A stretch of 64,000 bases of DNA, taken from an uncultured delta proteobacterium (GTDB taxonomy: Bacteria; Myxococcota_A; Polyangia; Polyangiales; Houyiibacteriaceae). This document shows, in pieces, positions 47,711-57,861 of the stretch (position 1 is the stretch's first letter; each line of letters starts with the position of its first letter). The position numbers were made by a program, and so were the translations under genes. Where the stretch lies: contig CAVOVB010000001.1 of assembly GCA_963699755.1 (NCBI GenBank), positions 672,001 to 736,000 of the forward strand, in the 5' to 3' direction. A model generated the notes under the pieces. That model was not told the origin of the DNA. It saw nothing but the letters and a program-made list of their open reading frames with translations, and did no database searches.

Positions 47711-49369
47711 GTGCATACGATCCATCGCACGCTAGCTTGGCTGATCGCCACTGCGGGCTCGCTGCTCATCAGCATGGCGGGTTGCAGCAGTAGCCCGGCC
47801 ACAGAGATCGAGGTAGACGCGGGTCCGATTGCTCTACGGCGCCTCACCGCAGAGCAGTTCGGCCGAAGCATCCATGACGTGCTCGGCGAGCACATTACGG
47901 TGCCGAGGCGCATCGACCCAGACGATCGGCGCGCCGGGCTTCTCTCGGTCGGGGCTTCATTTGCGAGCGTGACGCCGTCGGGCTTCGAAAAGTACGAAGC
48001 GGCGGCGGCGGCGGTGGCGGAGCAAGCGCTCAACGCTTCACATCGCGATGAGCTGGTCCCATGCCAACCAGCTACGGCGACCGCGAGCGATGAGGACTGC
48101 GCCCGAATGTTCCTCGAGCGGGTCGGGCGCCGGTTGTTCCGGCGCTCATTGACAGCGGAAGAGACCGATGCTCGAGTCGGGATTGCCAACCAAGCGGCGG
48201 ACACGCTCCGTGACTTCTACGCCGGCCTCGAGCTAGGGCTGATGAGCTTCCTGGTCTCACCCGAATTCCTTTTTCGCGTCGAGGTTGCAGATCCAAACCC
48301 TGCTGATCCGTCGGTCGGGCGCCTCAGCAGCATCTCGATGGCTTCCCGCCTGAGCTATCTCCTCTGGGACAGTACCCCCGACGAGGACCTCTTGGCAGCC
48401 GGGGAGAACGGCGACCTCATCACCGAAGACGGGCTGGCAGCGCAGGTCGAGCGCATGCTCACCTCTCCCAAGCTCGAGACGGGCCTCCGCGCGATATTCT
48501 CGGACCTTTACGATTTCAAGCAGTTCGATGACGGCCTGGTCCGCAAAGATAACGCGCTCTTTCCCGTGTACACGCAGAGCATGGTCGAGGAGGCCAAGGA
48601 GCAAACCCTCCGCACCATCGTCGCACACGTGACCGGGGAGCGTGACTACCGCGATCTATTCACGACTCGCGAGTCATTCATGACCCGAAGGCTCGGTGTC
48701 GTGTATCGCTTGCCTGTCGCAACGGCCGATGGTTGGCAACCCTACACCTTCCCCGACGACGCTGGCCGAGCGGGTCTGCTCGCTCACATCAGCTTCAACG
48801 CGCTGCACTCCCATCCAGGTCGAAGCTCCGCCACGCTCCGTGGCAAGTTCGTGCGCGAGGTCTTGCTCTGCCAGGATATCCCAACCCCGCCGGCCAACGT
48901 CGATTTCTCAATCGTCGAAAACACGACCGGCGAGCTACGAACCGCGCGGGAACGCTTGGAGAAACACGTGGCGAGCCAAGCCTGCGCTGGATGTCACACC
49001 CTGACCGATCCCATCGGTCTGGCGCTCGAGAGCTTCGATGCGGTGGGTATGTTTCGCGAAGAAGAAAACGGCGCTCTGATCGACACTTCGGGCGAGCTCG
49101 ACGGGATCGCGTATGACGACGCTGTGGGAATGGGCCAGGCACTGCGCGACAACCCAGCGCTTGCCCCGTGCTTGGTGCGGAGCGTCTTCCGCTACGCGGT
49201 GGGTCGGAGCTTCGAGCCTGGGGAAGAAGCCCTTCTCGAATCCTTGGACGATCGCTTCGCCAAATCGGGGTACCGCGTGACCGAGCTCCTGCGCGAGATC
49301 GTCTTGAGCGATGGGTTCCGCACGACCTCGGGGCCACGCGAAGCCGAAGCCCCTGGAGACGAGTCGTGA
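47711..49369 (+). CDS. DUF1592/DUF1588-type lipoprotein (paralogue 3)
   Basis: Lipobox MAGC, LRRLT, SPEFLFRVE, ASRLSY, SATLRG, CAGCH. Start uncertain (GTG 47711). Confidence 0.87.
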   Translation: MHTIHRTLAWLIATAGSLLISMAGCSSSPATEIEVDAGPIALRRLTAEQFGRSIHDVLGEHITVPRRIDPDDRRAGLLSVGASFASVTPSGFEKYEAAAAAVAEQALNASHRDELVPCQPATATASDEDCARMFLERVGRRLFRRSLTAEETDARVGIANQAADTLRDFYAGLELGLMSFLVSPEFLFRVEVADPNPADPSVGRLSSISMASRLSYLLWDSTPDEDLLAAGENGDLITEDGLAAQVERMLTSPKLETGLRAIFSDLYDFKQFDDGLVRKDNALFPVYTQSMVEEAKEQTLRTIVAHVTGERDYRDLFTTRESFMTRRLGVVYRLPVATADGWQPYTFPDDAGRAGLLAHISFNALHSHPGRSSATLRGKFVREVLLCQDIPTPPANVDFSIVENTTGELRTARERLEKHVASQACAGCHTLTDPIGLALESFDAVGMFREEENGALIDTSGELDGIAYDDAVGMGQALRDNPALAPCLVRSVFRYAVGRSFEPGEEALLESLDDRFAKSGYRVTELLREIVLSDGFRTTSGPREAEAPGDES

Positions 49370-50721
49370 AGCGGTTCGATCGCAGAGCTCTTCTTCGCGG
49401 CGCGTTGGCTGGCGGCACAGTCTCGATGGGGCTGCCCCTGCTCGATTGCTTTTTGAATGAGAATGCGACCGCGATGGCCCAAGGCGCGCCGCTGCCACTC
49501 CGATTCGGCGCCTGGATGTGGGGCTGTGGCATGAATCCCGGTCGCTGGACCCCGAACAGCCAAGGCACTGGCTTCGAATTGCCGATCGAGCTGCAGGCCC
49601 TCGACCGTCCGCTCGCAAGCGGCGGCAAGCTTCGGGACCAGGTCAGCGTCTTGAGCGGCTTCGACGTCCATCTCGATGGGCGGCCGAACTTTCCCCACAC
49701 CGCCGGCCTGATGGGCACCCTGACAGGCAGCCTGCCGCTCGAGGACTACACGGTGCCAGCGCCTACGCTCGATACCATCATCGCGGGGCAAGTCGGTGGT
49801 GCCACCCGATTCCGCTCTCTTGAAATGTCCTGTACGGGCAATCGAAATCAAAGCTACAGCTACGAAAGCCAAAGTGTCTTCAACGCACCCGAGATTTCCC
49901 CCATGGCCTTGTACACGCGAGTGTTCGGCCCCGAGTTCGCCGACCCAAATGCGGGGCCGTTCACGCCAGACCCGCGTGTAATGCTCCGACAAAGCGTGCT
50001 CTCCGCGGTCAAAGCCGACCGTGATCGCTTGCTTCAACGGGTGGGCACGCACGACAGGGAACGGCTCGATCAGTACTTCACCTCGGTCCGGCAGCTTGAG
50101 CAGCAGCTCGACATCTTGCTCGCCGGACCGCCGGACCTCGAGAGTTGCTCGCGCGCGCCAGCACCAGGCGCCGAGAGCCTTGGGACCGAAGTTGGGCAGT
50201 CGATGTCGACCAATCGACTGATGGCCAGCCTGCTTTCTTTCGCGCTCGCATGTGACCAGACTCGGGTCTTCAGCATGATGTTCTCGGACCGGATTTCAGG
50301 CCTGCGCCAACCGGGGTCGAGCTCCCAACACCACCAGCTCACCCACGATGAGGCCCTGAACCCGGATCTCGGCTACCAGCCGGAGGCTACCGAGTTCGTG
50401 TACAGCTCCATGGAAGCCTGGGCCGACTTCGTAGAGCGTCTCGCCGCGATCCCTGAAGGCGATGGGACCCTGCTCGACAACTGTCTCGTATTCGCACATT
50501 CGGATGTTTCGCTTGCCAAGATTCACGGCATCACCGGCATCCCGATGATGATCGCCGGACGCGCTCGGGGAGCCTTGAAGACCGGGGTTCACGTCGCTGG
50601 CGCCACCTCGCCGACGACCCGCGTGGGGCTCACGATCCAGCAGGTCATGGGCTTGAACACCGAGAGCTGGGGCACCCGCTCGATGGAAGCCACGCAGCCG
50701 ATCAGCGAGATCTTGGTCTGA
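49366..50721 (+). CDS. DUF1552 family Tat-exported protein (paralogue 3)
   Basis: GTG start giving KRFDRRALLRG; GLPLLD, TLD, DRERLDQY, HHQLTH, TLLDN. Confidence 0.88.
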   Translation: MKRFDRRALLRGALAGGTVSMGLPLLDCFLNENATAMAQGAPLPLRFGAWMWGCGMNPGRWTPNSQGTGFELPIELQALDRPLASGGKLRDQVSVLSGFDVHLDGRPNFPHTAGLMGTLTGSLPLEDYTVPAPTLDTIIAGQVGGATRFRSLEMSCTGNRNQSYSYESQSVFNAPEISPMALYTRVFGPEFADPNAGPFTPDPRVMLRQSVLSAVKADRDRLLQRVGTHDRERLDQYFTSVRQLEQQLDILLAGPPDLESCSRAPAPGAESLGTEVGQSMSTNRLMASLLSFALACDQTRVFSMMFSDRISGLRQPGSSSQHHQLTHDEALNPDLGYQPEATEFVYSSMEAWADFVERLAAIPEGDGTLLDNCLVFAHSDVSLAKIHGITGIPMMIAGRARGALKTGVHVAGATSPTTRVGLTIQQVMGLNTESWGTRSMEATQPISEILV

Positions 50722-50863
50722 GCGGGCCTTCGCACCGAGCTTCCTGTGATCCAGCACACAGTGAAGCGCCCTTGTCATTGACGCTGTAAAAACGCACCCC
50801 GAAACTACTAAGACGCGATGCCGGCCCGAGGGGAGGGTCTGCATCGGCAGTGAGGGGGATTCG

Positions 50864-51613
50864 ATGGCACGCTTTGGGTTGGTTCTTGGGGCATTTTGGA
50901 TGACGACGCTGGGCGCCAGCGCGCAGGACTTGCCGGGGACCTTCTCCGTCGAGCAGAACGGCGTCACGCTCGCCGGAGACGGCGATGCAGCAGGCGAAGT
51001 CCCGGCGGACGCTCCAGAACGAAGCAAGGTCTACGACAAGAGAGTCGGAGGGATTGTCTGGCTCGAGGCTACGGCAGGCCCATCGAGGTTTGACGTGACG
51101 CGATTTCGGACGCTCAAGCTCATCCCCGACCAAATCAGCTCGTTCATTCCAAGCGTGGTCGTGAGCGGTCCCGAGTTCGGTGCTGCCCTTCGCTTTCGCG
51201 CCGGCTCGTCGACGATAGGTGCGCGCTTCAAGCACGCAGACTACGACCCGTTCAATCTGACCTCGATCGGTTTGGACCTCGGTTTCCTGATCCGCGCGGT
51301 TCCGTACGTGCACCCATCGATCCGGCTCGGTTTCAACTACTACATGACGACTGGCGGCCTCATTATTCCGGAGCTCCAAGGCGACTTGAACAATGTCCGT
51401 AGCCAGGGTGGCGGCGCATCGATCGGTGTAGGTCTTCGCATCCCAATCGTGAAATGGTTGTCGATCGCGGCTGACTTCGACTACTCGATTATCGGCCTTT
51501 CCTTTCGAGGGAGCTACAACGTTCCCGGTGTCGGCGCGCTCGGGTTCACCGCTGGCACCGCCGGCACCGCTATCGCCGGAACGTTTGCTCTGACCGTGCA
51601 CCTCGGCGGCTGA
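50864..51613 (+). CDS. Outer-membrane beta-barrel protein (about 8-stranded)
   Basis: Signal peptide followed by alternating amphipathic strands. Confidence 0.6.
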   Translation: MARFGLVLGAFWMTTLGASAQDLPGTFSVEQNGVTLAGDGDAAGEVPADAPERSKVYDKRVGGIVWLEATAGPSRFDVTRFRTLKLIPDQISSFIPSVVVSGPEFGAALRFRAGSSTIGARFKHADYDPFNLTSIGLDLGFLIRAVPYVHPSIRLGFNYYMTTGGLIIPELQGDLNNVRSQGGGASIGVGLRIPIVKWLSIAADFDYSIIGLSFRGSYNVPGVGALGFTAGTAGTAIAGTFALTVHLGG

Positions 51614-51734
51614 CCCGTCCCAGAGGCCGCGCGACAGGCGCACACAGTGTTGCACGTAAGGGTGTCTTCTTCCGCAATCTGGCTATAGTGACCAGGTCGC
51701 AGAGCGCGCTTCGTCCCTGTGCCGAGTCGAGCCG

Positions 51735-52940
51735 ATGAAAGTCGCCTACCTCACAAATCAGTATCCGAGCGTGAGCCATACGTTCATTCGTCGCGAAATC
51801 GCAGCCCTCGAAGATCAGGGCATCGATATCGTGCGGTTTTCAATTCGCCCGCCTCCTACGCGTCTCGTCGACCCGGAGGACATCGCAGAGCAAAGCCGGA
51901 CGACGGTCTTGCTCGCGCGGGGCATCCCACACCTGGTACTCACGGCAGCGTGGACCGCGGCTCGCCACCCAGTGCGCTTCGCCAAGACCTTCGCCATGGC
52001 CGTCCGGATGGGGCTTCGTTCGGAGCGCGGTCTGCTTCGCAACCTGGGCTACCTGATGACGGCCTGCACTGCCCTTCAGCTGTTTCAGCGGGAGCAGTGC
52101 GGTCACGTGCACGTTCACTTCGGAACCAACCCGGCAGCCGTCGCGATGCTGTGCCGGATGCTGGGCGGACCGCCGTATAGCATCACCGTACACGGGCCCG
52201 AGGAGTTCGACCGGCCCTGGCCGCTCAGCCTCACCGAGAAGATCGAAGCATCGAGCTTCGTCGCCGGCGTCAGCAGCTTCGGGCGAAGCCAACTGTATCG
52301 ACAATGCGGTCACGAGCACTGGCCCAAGATCGAAATCGTTCGATGCGGCGTCGACCGGAGCTACGTCGATACCGAAGTCACTTCGATCGGCGACTCGCGG
52401 CGACTGGTTTGCGTGGGGCGACTCTGCGAACAAAAAGGCCAGCTCCTCTTGATTGAAGCCGCCGCCAAGCTCCGCGATCTCGGTGGGCAGTTCGAGCTGA
52501 TCCTCGTCGGCGACGGTGACATGAGAGCAGAGGTCGAGTCGCTCGTCGCGCGACACGGGCTCGGCGAAATGGTCACCATCACGGGCTGGGCATCGGGTGA
52601 CGAAGTGCGGGACTACCTCGTCGGCGCACGTGCCATGGTGCTTCCGAGCTTCGCCGAAGGGCTGCCGGTAGTGATCATGGAAGCGCTCGCGCTTGGCCGA
52701 CCGGTCGTCTCTACTTACATCGCCGGTATCCCGGAGCTCGTCGTGCCTGGCGAGTCCGGCTGGCTCGTTCCTGCCGGCTCGATCGATGCACTGGTCGATG
52801 CGATGGGGGAGGTCTTGAAGACACCTTCGGCAAGACTCGAAGAGCTCGGTCGCGAAGGGCGGCGTCGGGTTCTGGCCGCCCACGATGCAAGCATCTCGAC
52901 CAGACCCTTGTTCGAGCGCTTCACTCAGGGTCAGCGATGA
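51735..52940 (+). CDS. GT4 glycosyltransferase (WcaL-like)
   Basis: SHTFIRREI, HVHF, VGRL.EQKG, EGLPVVIMEA. Confidence 0.92.
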   Translation: MKVAYLTNQYPSVSHTFIRREIAALEDQGIDIVRFSIRPPPTRLVDPEDIAEQSRTTVLLARGIPHLVLTAAWTAARHPVRFAKTFAMAVRMGLRSERGLLRNLGYLMTACTALQLFQREQCGHVHVHFGTNPAAVAMLCRMLGGPPYSITVHGPEEFDRPWPLSLTEKIEASSFVAGVSSFGRSQLYRQCGHEHWPKIEIVRCGVDRSYVDTEVTSIGDSRRLVCVGRLCEQKGQLLLIEAAAKLRDLGGQFELILVGDGDMRAEVESLVARHGLGEMVTITGWASGDEVRDYLVGARAMVLPSFAEGLPVVIMEALALGRPVVSTYIAGIPELVVPGESGWLVPAGSIDALVDAMGEVLKTPSARLEELGREGRRRVLAAHDASISTRPLFERFTQGQR

Positions 52941-53000
52941 GCCTCGTGTGCGCCGGTCAATTGTTCCGGTTATGCTGACTGACGAGGTCGGTAGCAGTTT

Positions 53001-54053
53001 ATGAAGATCATCGTTACGGGTGGTGCGGGCTTTATCGGCGCCAACTTCTTGAACGGGTTGGTGCCCGATCTGCCGGAGCACCAGTTCGTCAACCTCGACA
53101 AGCTCACCTATGCCGCCAATCTCGGGAGCTTGAAGGCGATCGATTCGCTACCGAACTACGAGCTTCGCCGGGTGGACATCACGGACATGGATGGCGTCGA
53201 CGCGGTGTTCGAGGAGTTCGACCCCGACCTCGTCGTGCACTTCGCAGCCGAAAGCCATGTCGACCGGAGCATTCTCGGGCCGCGCGAGTTCGTCCGGACC
53301 AACATCGAAGGCACCTTCAACCTGCTCGAAGCCTGCCGAAAGCGCTGGTCAGGCGACGACAACCGACTCTTTCATCATGTGAGCACGGACGAGGTCTACG
53401 GCTCACTTGGCGAGACGGGGCTCTTCGAGGAAACCACGGCGTATGACCCATCGAGCCCCTATTCCGCATCGAAGGCGGCAAGCGACCACATCGTTCGCGC
53501 CTACCACCGAACCTACGGCCTCCCGATCAAGATCACGAACTGCTCCAACAACTACGGACCGATGCAGTTTCCGGAGAAGCTGATCCCGCTGATGATCCTC
53601 AACGCAGTGGAACGGAAGCCTTTGCCAATCTACGGCGAAGGGCTCAACGTGCGCGACTGGCTCTACGTTACCGATCATTGCGAAGCGATTTGGTCTGTGA
53701 TCCAGACGGGTCGCATGGGTCGTACGTATAACATCGGCGGAAACAACGAAATGAGGAACATCGACGTGGTTGACACGCTCTGTGAGGTCGTCGCCGAGGA
53801 AACCAGCACCGACCTCGCCGAGCTCCTCTCGCTCAAGAAGTACGTCGCCGACCGGCCCGGCCACGATTTGCGCTACGCCATCGACGCGACCCGGATCCGC
53901 GAAGAGTGCGGATGGGAACCAAAGGAGACCTTCGGCACCGGCATTCGCAAAACGGTGCAATGGTATCTCTCGAACGATAGCTGGGTGGAGAGCGTACGCT
54001 CGGGTGAGTACCGCAAATGGATGAACCTGAACTACGGCGACCGTGCGGGATAG
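53001..54053 (+). CDS. rfbB: dTDP-glucose 4,6-dehydratase
   Basis: TGGAGFIG, AAESHVDRS, STDEVYG, YSASK, DRPGHD.RY. Confidence 0.97.
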   Translation: MKIIVTGGAGFIGANFLNGLVPDLPEHQFVNLDKLTYAANLGSLKAIDSLPNYELRRVDITDMDGVDAVFEEFDPDLVVHFAAESHVDRSILGPREFVRTNIEGTFNLLEACRKRWSGDDNRLFHHVSTDEVYGSLGETGLFEETTAYDPSSPYSASKAASDHIVRAYHRTYGLPIKITNCSNNYGPMQFPEKLIPLMILNAVERKPLPIYGEGLNVRDWLYVTDHCEAIWSVIQTGRMGRTYNIGGNNEMRNIDVVDTLCEVVAEETSTDLAELLSLKKYVADRPGHDLRYAIDATRIREECGWEPKETFGTGIRKTVQWYLSNDSWVESVRSGEYRKWMNLNYGDRAG

Positions 54054-54062
54054 AGGGCGAGC

Positions 54063-54944
54063 ATGATCAGCAAGGGCATCATCTTGGCAGGAGGCACCGG
54101 TACCAGGCTGCATCCGCTCACCAAAGGCTTGAGCAAGCAACTCATGCCCATCTACGACAAACCGATGATCTACTACCCGCTGTCGACTCTGATGCTCGCG
54201 GGGATCCGGGAGGTCTTGGTCATCACGACACCACACGAGCAGGCTCTGTTTCAGGGTCTTCTCGGAAACGGTGAGAGCTGGGGGATGCGCTTTCGGTACG
54301 CTGCGCAGCCGAGCCCGGACGGCCTGGCACAAGCATTCTTGATCGGCGAGGACTTCATCGATGGCGATGCCTGTGCGCTCGTGCTGGGCGACAACATCTT
54401 CTACGGTCATGGGCTCCAAGGCTTACTTCAGCAAAGCGCTCAGCAAGCCGATGGCGCCACCGTTTTCGGTTACTACGTGAGCAACCCCACGGCATATGGC
54501 GTCGCCGAGTTCGACGCCAACGGTGTAGTCATCGGGCTCGAAGAAAAGCCAAGGGAGCCTAAGTCCAACTATGCGGTGGCAGGCCTCTACTTCTATGACG
54601 AAGACGTGGTGGCCCACGCCAAGGCGCTCAAGCCGTCCGCGCGAGGTGAGCTCGAAATCACCGACCTCAATCGCAGGTACCTCGACGCAGGAAAGCTTCG
54701 GCTTCAGCGGTTTGGGCGCGGCGTCGCGTGGCTGGATACGGGGACGCCGGGGGCCCTGCTTCAAGCCGCCAATTTCGTGCAGACGATTCAGGAACGCCAA
54801 GGCTTGCGCGCTTCTTGCCCCGAAGAAATTTCGTTTCGAATGGGCTGGATCGACGCCGAGCAGCTGGCACGGCTCGCCAAACCTCTCGAGAAGACCGAGT
54901 ACGGTCAGTACCTGCAAGCATTGGCCGCCGGGTTGGACATTTAA
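54063..54944 (+). CDS. rfbA: Glucose-1-phosphate thymidylyltransferase
   Basis: [40 protein letters not shown]. Confidence 0.97.
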   Translation: MISKGIILAGGTGTRLHPLTKGLSKQLMPIYDKPMIYYPLSTLMLAGIREVLVITTPHEQALFQGLLGNGESWGMRFRYAAQPSPDGLAQAFLIGEDFIDGDACALVLGDNIFYGHGLQGLLQQSAQQADGATVFGYYVSNPTAYGVAEFDANGVVIGLEEKPREPKSNYAVAGLYFYDEDVVAHAKALKPSARGELEITDLNRRYLDAGKLRLQRFGRGVAWLDTGTPGALLQAANFVQTIQERQGLRASCPEEISFRMGWIDAEQLARLAKPLEKTEYGQYLQALAAGLDI

Positions 54945-55498
54945 TGAAGGTCGAATCGGCGATCATTCCGGGTCCGCTGATCATCGAGCCGGCGGTTCAT
55001 GGCGATGAGCGCGGCTTCTTCATGGAAACGTATTCGCGCGACCGTTACGCAGCGGCTGGGCTCCCCGGCGACTTCGTTCAAGACAACGTATCGATGTCTG
55101 CCAAGGGCATCTTGCGCGGGCTTCATCTCCAGCACCCGAACGATCAGGGCAAGCTCTGCAGTGTGCTCGACGGCGAGGTGTTCGATGTGGCGGTCGACGT
55201 GCGCGTTGGCTCTCCGACCTTTGGCCGCTGGGTGGGGGTGACTCTGTCGTCGAAGAACAAACGGCAGTTTTACGTTCCGCCCGGCTTCGCCCATGGTTTC
55301 TGCGTGCTCAGCGAGCGCGCGCTCTTTTCCTACAAATGCACCGACTTCTATTCGGCTGCGAGCGAGCTCGGGGTCGCCTGGGACGACCCGGACATCGGCA
55401 TCGATTGGCCCATTTCTTCGCCGACGCTCTCGGGGAAGGACCAAGCCAACCCCTCGCTGAAGGACATCCCGACCGAGAAGCTTCCGCACTATGAGTGA
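54944..55498 (+). CDS. rfbC: dTDP-4-dehydrorhamnose 3,5-epimerase
   Basis: DERGFF, QDN, LRGLH, GFAHGF; ATG at 54944. Confidence 0.96.
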   Translation: MKVESAIIPGPLIIEPAVHGDERGFFMETYSRDRYAAAGLPGDFVQDNVSMSAKGILRGLHLQHPNDQGKLCSVLDGEVFDVAVDVRVGSPTFGRWVGVTLSSKNKRQFYVPPGFAHGFCVLSERALFSYKCTDFYSAASELGVAWDDPDIGIDWPISSPTLSGKDQANPSLKDIPTEKLPHYE

Positions 55499-56333
55499 CA
55501 TTCTGGTCATTGGAGCCGACGGCATGCTGGGTCGGTGCTGGACCGAGCTCCTCGAGAGTCGAGGCATCGAGCACAGGGCCACCATGCTCGAGGATCTCGA
55601 CATTCGCGACCGGGCCGCCCTGAACGGCTTCATCACGCCGGGGACGGACTGGGTCGTGAACTGCGCCGCATACACCCTGGTCGATGCAGCCGAAGAACAT
55701 GAAGCCCTCGCGAACGAAGTCAACGGCCACGCGGTCGGCGCAATGGCCGAGCAGTGTAAGCTCGTCGGTGCCAAGCTGCTTCACTACAGCACCGACTATG
55801 TCTTCGACGGAACGGCGCGAGTGCCCTACCCAACCGATCATCCGAGGAACCCGGTCAATGCCTACGGTCGAAGCAAGGCGATCGCCGAGGAGCTGATCGA
55901 GCGCTCGGGCGTAGAGCACCTTCTGGTGCGCAGCAGTTGGCTGTACGCGCCCTGGGCGAAGAACTTCGTGCTCACCATCCGCGAACTAGCGAAGACCCGG
56001 CCAAGTCTTCGCGTCGTCGACGACCAGCGAGGCCGCCCCACCGACAGCCGAAAGCTCGCCGAGGTGAGCCTGGCCCTCGCTGATCACGGCAGTCGCGGCG
56101 TCTTTCACGTAACCGACGGCGGAGAGTGCAGCTGGTTCGAGCTTGCTGCGTTGATCGCAGAAATCGTGAATCCGGAGTGCCGCGTCGAACCTTGTACGAG
56201 CGACGAGTTCCCACGCCCCGCGCCCCGTCCCGCCTACAGCGTCTTGGACATTTCGGCGACGGAACGGGTCGTCGGGCCGCTGATTCCATGGGAAGCTCGC
56301 GTCCGTGACGTGTTGGGCATCGTCGAGCCTTAG
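55491..56333 (+). CDS. rfbD: dTDP-4-dehydrorhamnose reductase
   Basis: GADGMLG, NCAAYT, STDYVFDG, YGRSK, RPAYS. Confidence 0.95.
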   Translation: MSDILVIGADGMLGRCWTELLESRGIEHRATMLEDLDIRDRAALNGFITPGTDWVVNCAAYTLVDAAEEHEALANEVNGHAVGAMAEQCKLVGAKLLHYSTDYVFDGTARVPYPTDHPRNPVNAYGRSKAIAEELIERSGVEHLLVRSSWLYAPWAKNFVLTIRELAKTRPSLRVVDDQRGRPTDSRKLAEVSLALADHGSRGVFHVTDGGECSWFELAALIAEIVNPECRVEPCTSDEFPRPAPRPAYSVLDISATERVVGPLIPWEARVRDVLGIVEP

Positions 56334-57861
56334 ACTAGCCGCCGCTGCGATTCTTGTCTTCGCGCTCCTGATCGCGATCAGCGCATCGCCGACTCGTTCT
56401 CAGGCGCAGGCGATCTACTACCGTTCAATTCCGCTGGGCGATCGGGCGATGGGCCTAGGAGGCGCCTTCACCGGCATCGCGAGCGATCCTTCGGCCACGT
56501 ACTACAACCCAGCCGGCATCATGATCGGCGGACGCTTCCAACTCATGGGAAGCCTGACGTCGATTGTGTTTACCCGCAAAACGATCGACAACGGCTTGAA
56601 CTTCCAGAACGTGAGCGAAGACTTCAAGTCGACCGCTACGACGACGCTCCCCTCTTTCGTTGGAACCGTCGTGAAGTTCGGGCGCGAGCGCTTCGGAGAC
56701 CGCCAGTTCGCACTTGCGTACAGCACGTTCGAAGTCAGTCGCGAAGCCTTCGGAACGGGGGCCTCAGAGTTCCAGGAAGCTGGGACGCTCGACCTGCGTT
56801 TGGGTCGGGGCTTCAGGGATCGCTGGTACGGAGTCTCGTTCGCCGCGCAGGCGACCAAGAAGGTCGCCCTCGGCCTCACGGGCTTCCTCGCGCAACAGCA
56901 AGGCGACTACCGCGAGGACATCGGCTCCGCGACGGGAGGCACAATCGACGAGAACGGGCAGCGCGTAGATGGTGATTTTGCAACGACCAGCCTTTCGCTC
57001 TCAACACGGGCATACGACTTCGTGTTCAGGCTTGGCGCGCTCTATCGGATCAACCCCCGCTGGCAAGTTGGCTTCGTGTTCCAACCGCCAGGCGTTCCGC
57101 TGAGCCAGAAGGGCAGCGTCTTTCGACGCACGAATTCGGCTTCGATCGATGGCCAGACTACTTATTCGCTCATCGACCAGGGCGACCTCTCGACGAGGGT
57201 GCCGATCCCCTTCGAGCTCCGCGCCGGCTTTGAGTTCAAGGCCAATACCTTGACGACTCTGTCGGCGGACGCCGCGGTGAGCGGCCCGGTTCGTGATCGC
57301 GACATATTCGGCCTCCCCGCGGCTCAGCTCGAGGTTCTTCCCGAAGACCTCGGGGTGTACTTCGCCAACTCGACCGAGCGGCGCTGGACTCCCAACGTTG
57401 CGATTGGTGTGGAGCACATGTTCGGCAAAGCTGTGGTGGCAGGAGGCCTGTTCACCAATGTCTCCGCCGCCCCCAACGTCCCCGAGACAGCGAATGAATA
57501 CAGCCCTGACCAAGTGTCGATGTTCGGCGCGTCGGTGTCGATCGGAATCGACACGAAAGGCTACCGCCTCGGTCTTGGGGCGACTGGATTCTTCGGCAGG
57601 GGTGACGCGCTCTCGTTCACTATCGACCGTGACACGCAGGTCGTCGGCTATCGACGCACGAAGGCGACCACCTCGGCCCTGATCCTCTACATCTCCGGCG
57701 CCGTCTCCGTCGCATCCAAGGGCGCAAAGAACGTCCAAGAGAAGATCAAGGAGAAGCAACAGAAGAAGAAAGAGAACGGCGACACCGACGAGAACGAGAA
57801 CGGGTCCGAGGACGCAACGCCTCCCCCTGACGCAAACCAGAGCCCGCCCTCAGTCGAGTAG
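56305..57861 (+). CDS. FadL/OmpP1/TodX-like outer-membrane protein
   Basis: PLGDRAMGLGGAFTGIASDPSATYYNPAG hatch motif; beta-strand pattern. Start uncertain. Confidence 0.7.
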   Translation: MTCWASSSLRLAAAAILVFALLIAISASPTRSQAQAIYYRSIPLGDRAMGLGGAFTGIASDPSATYYNPAGIMIGGRFQLMGSLTSIVFTRKTIDNGLNFQNVSEDFKSTATTTLPSFVGTVVKFGRERFGDRQFALAYSTFEVSREAFGTGASEFQEAGTLDLRLGRGFRDRWYGVSFAAQATKKVALGLTGFLAQQQGDYREDIGSATGGTIDENGQRVDGDFATTSLSLSTRAYDFVFRLGALYRINPRWQVGFVFQPPGVPLSQKGSVFRRTNSASIDGQTTYSLIDQGDLSTRVPIPFELRAGFEFKANTLTTLSADAAVSGPVRDRDIFGLPAAQLEVLPEDLGVYFANSTERRWTPNVAIGVEHMFGKAVVAGGLFTNVSAAPNVPETANEYSPDQVSMFGASVSIGIDTKGYRLGLGATGFFGRGDALSFTIDRDTQVVGYRRTKATTSALILYISGAVSVASKGAKNVQEKIKEKQQKKKENGDTDENENGSEDATPPPDANQSPPSVE

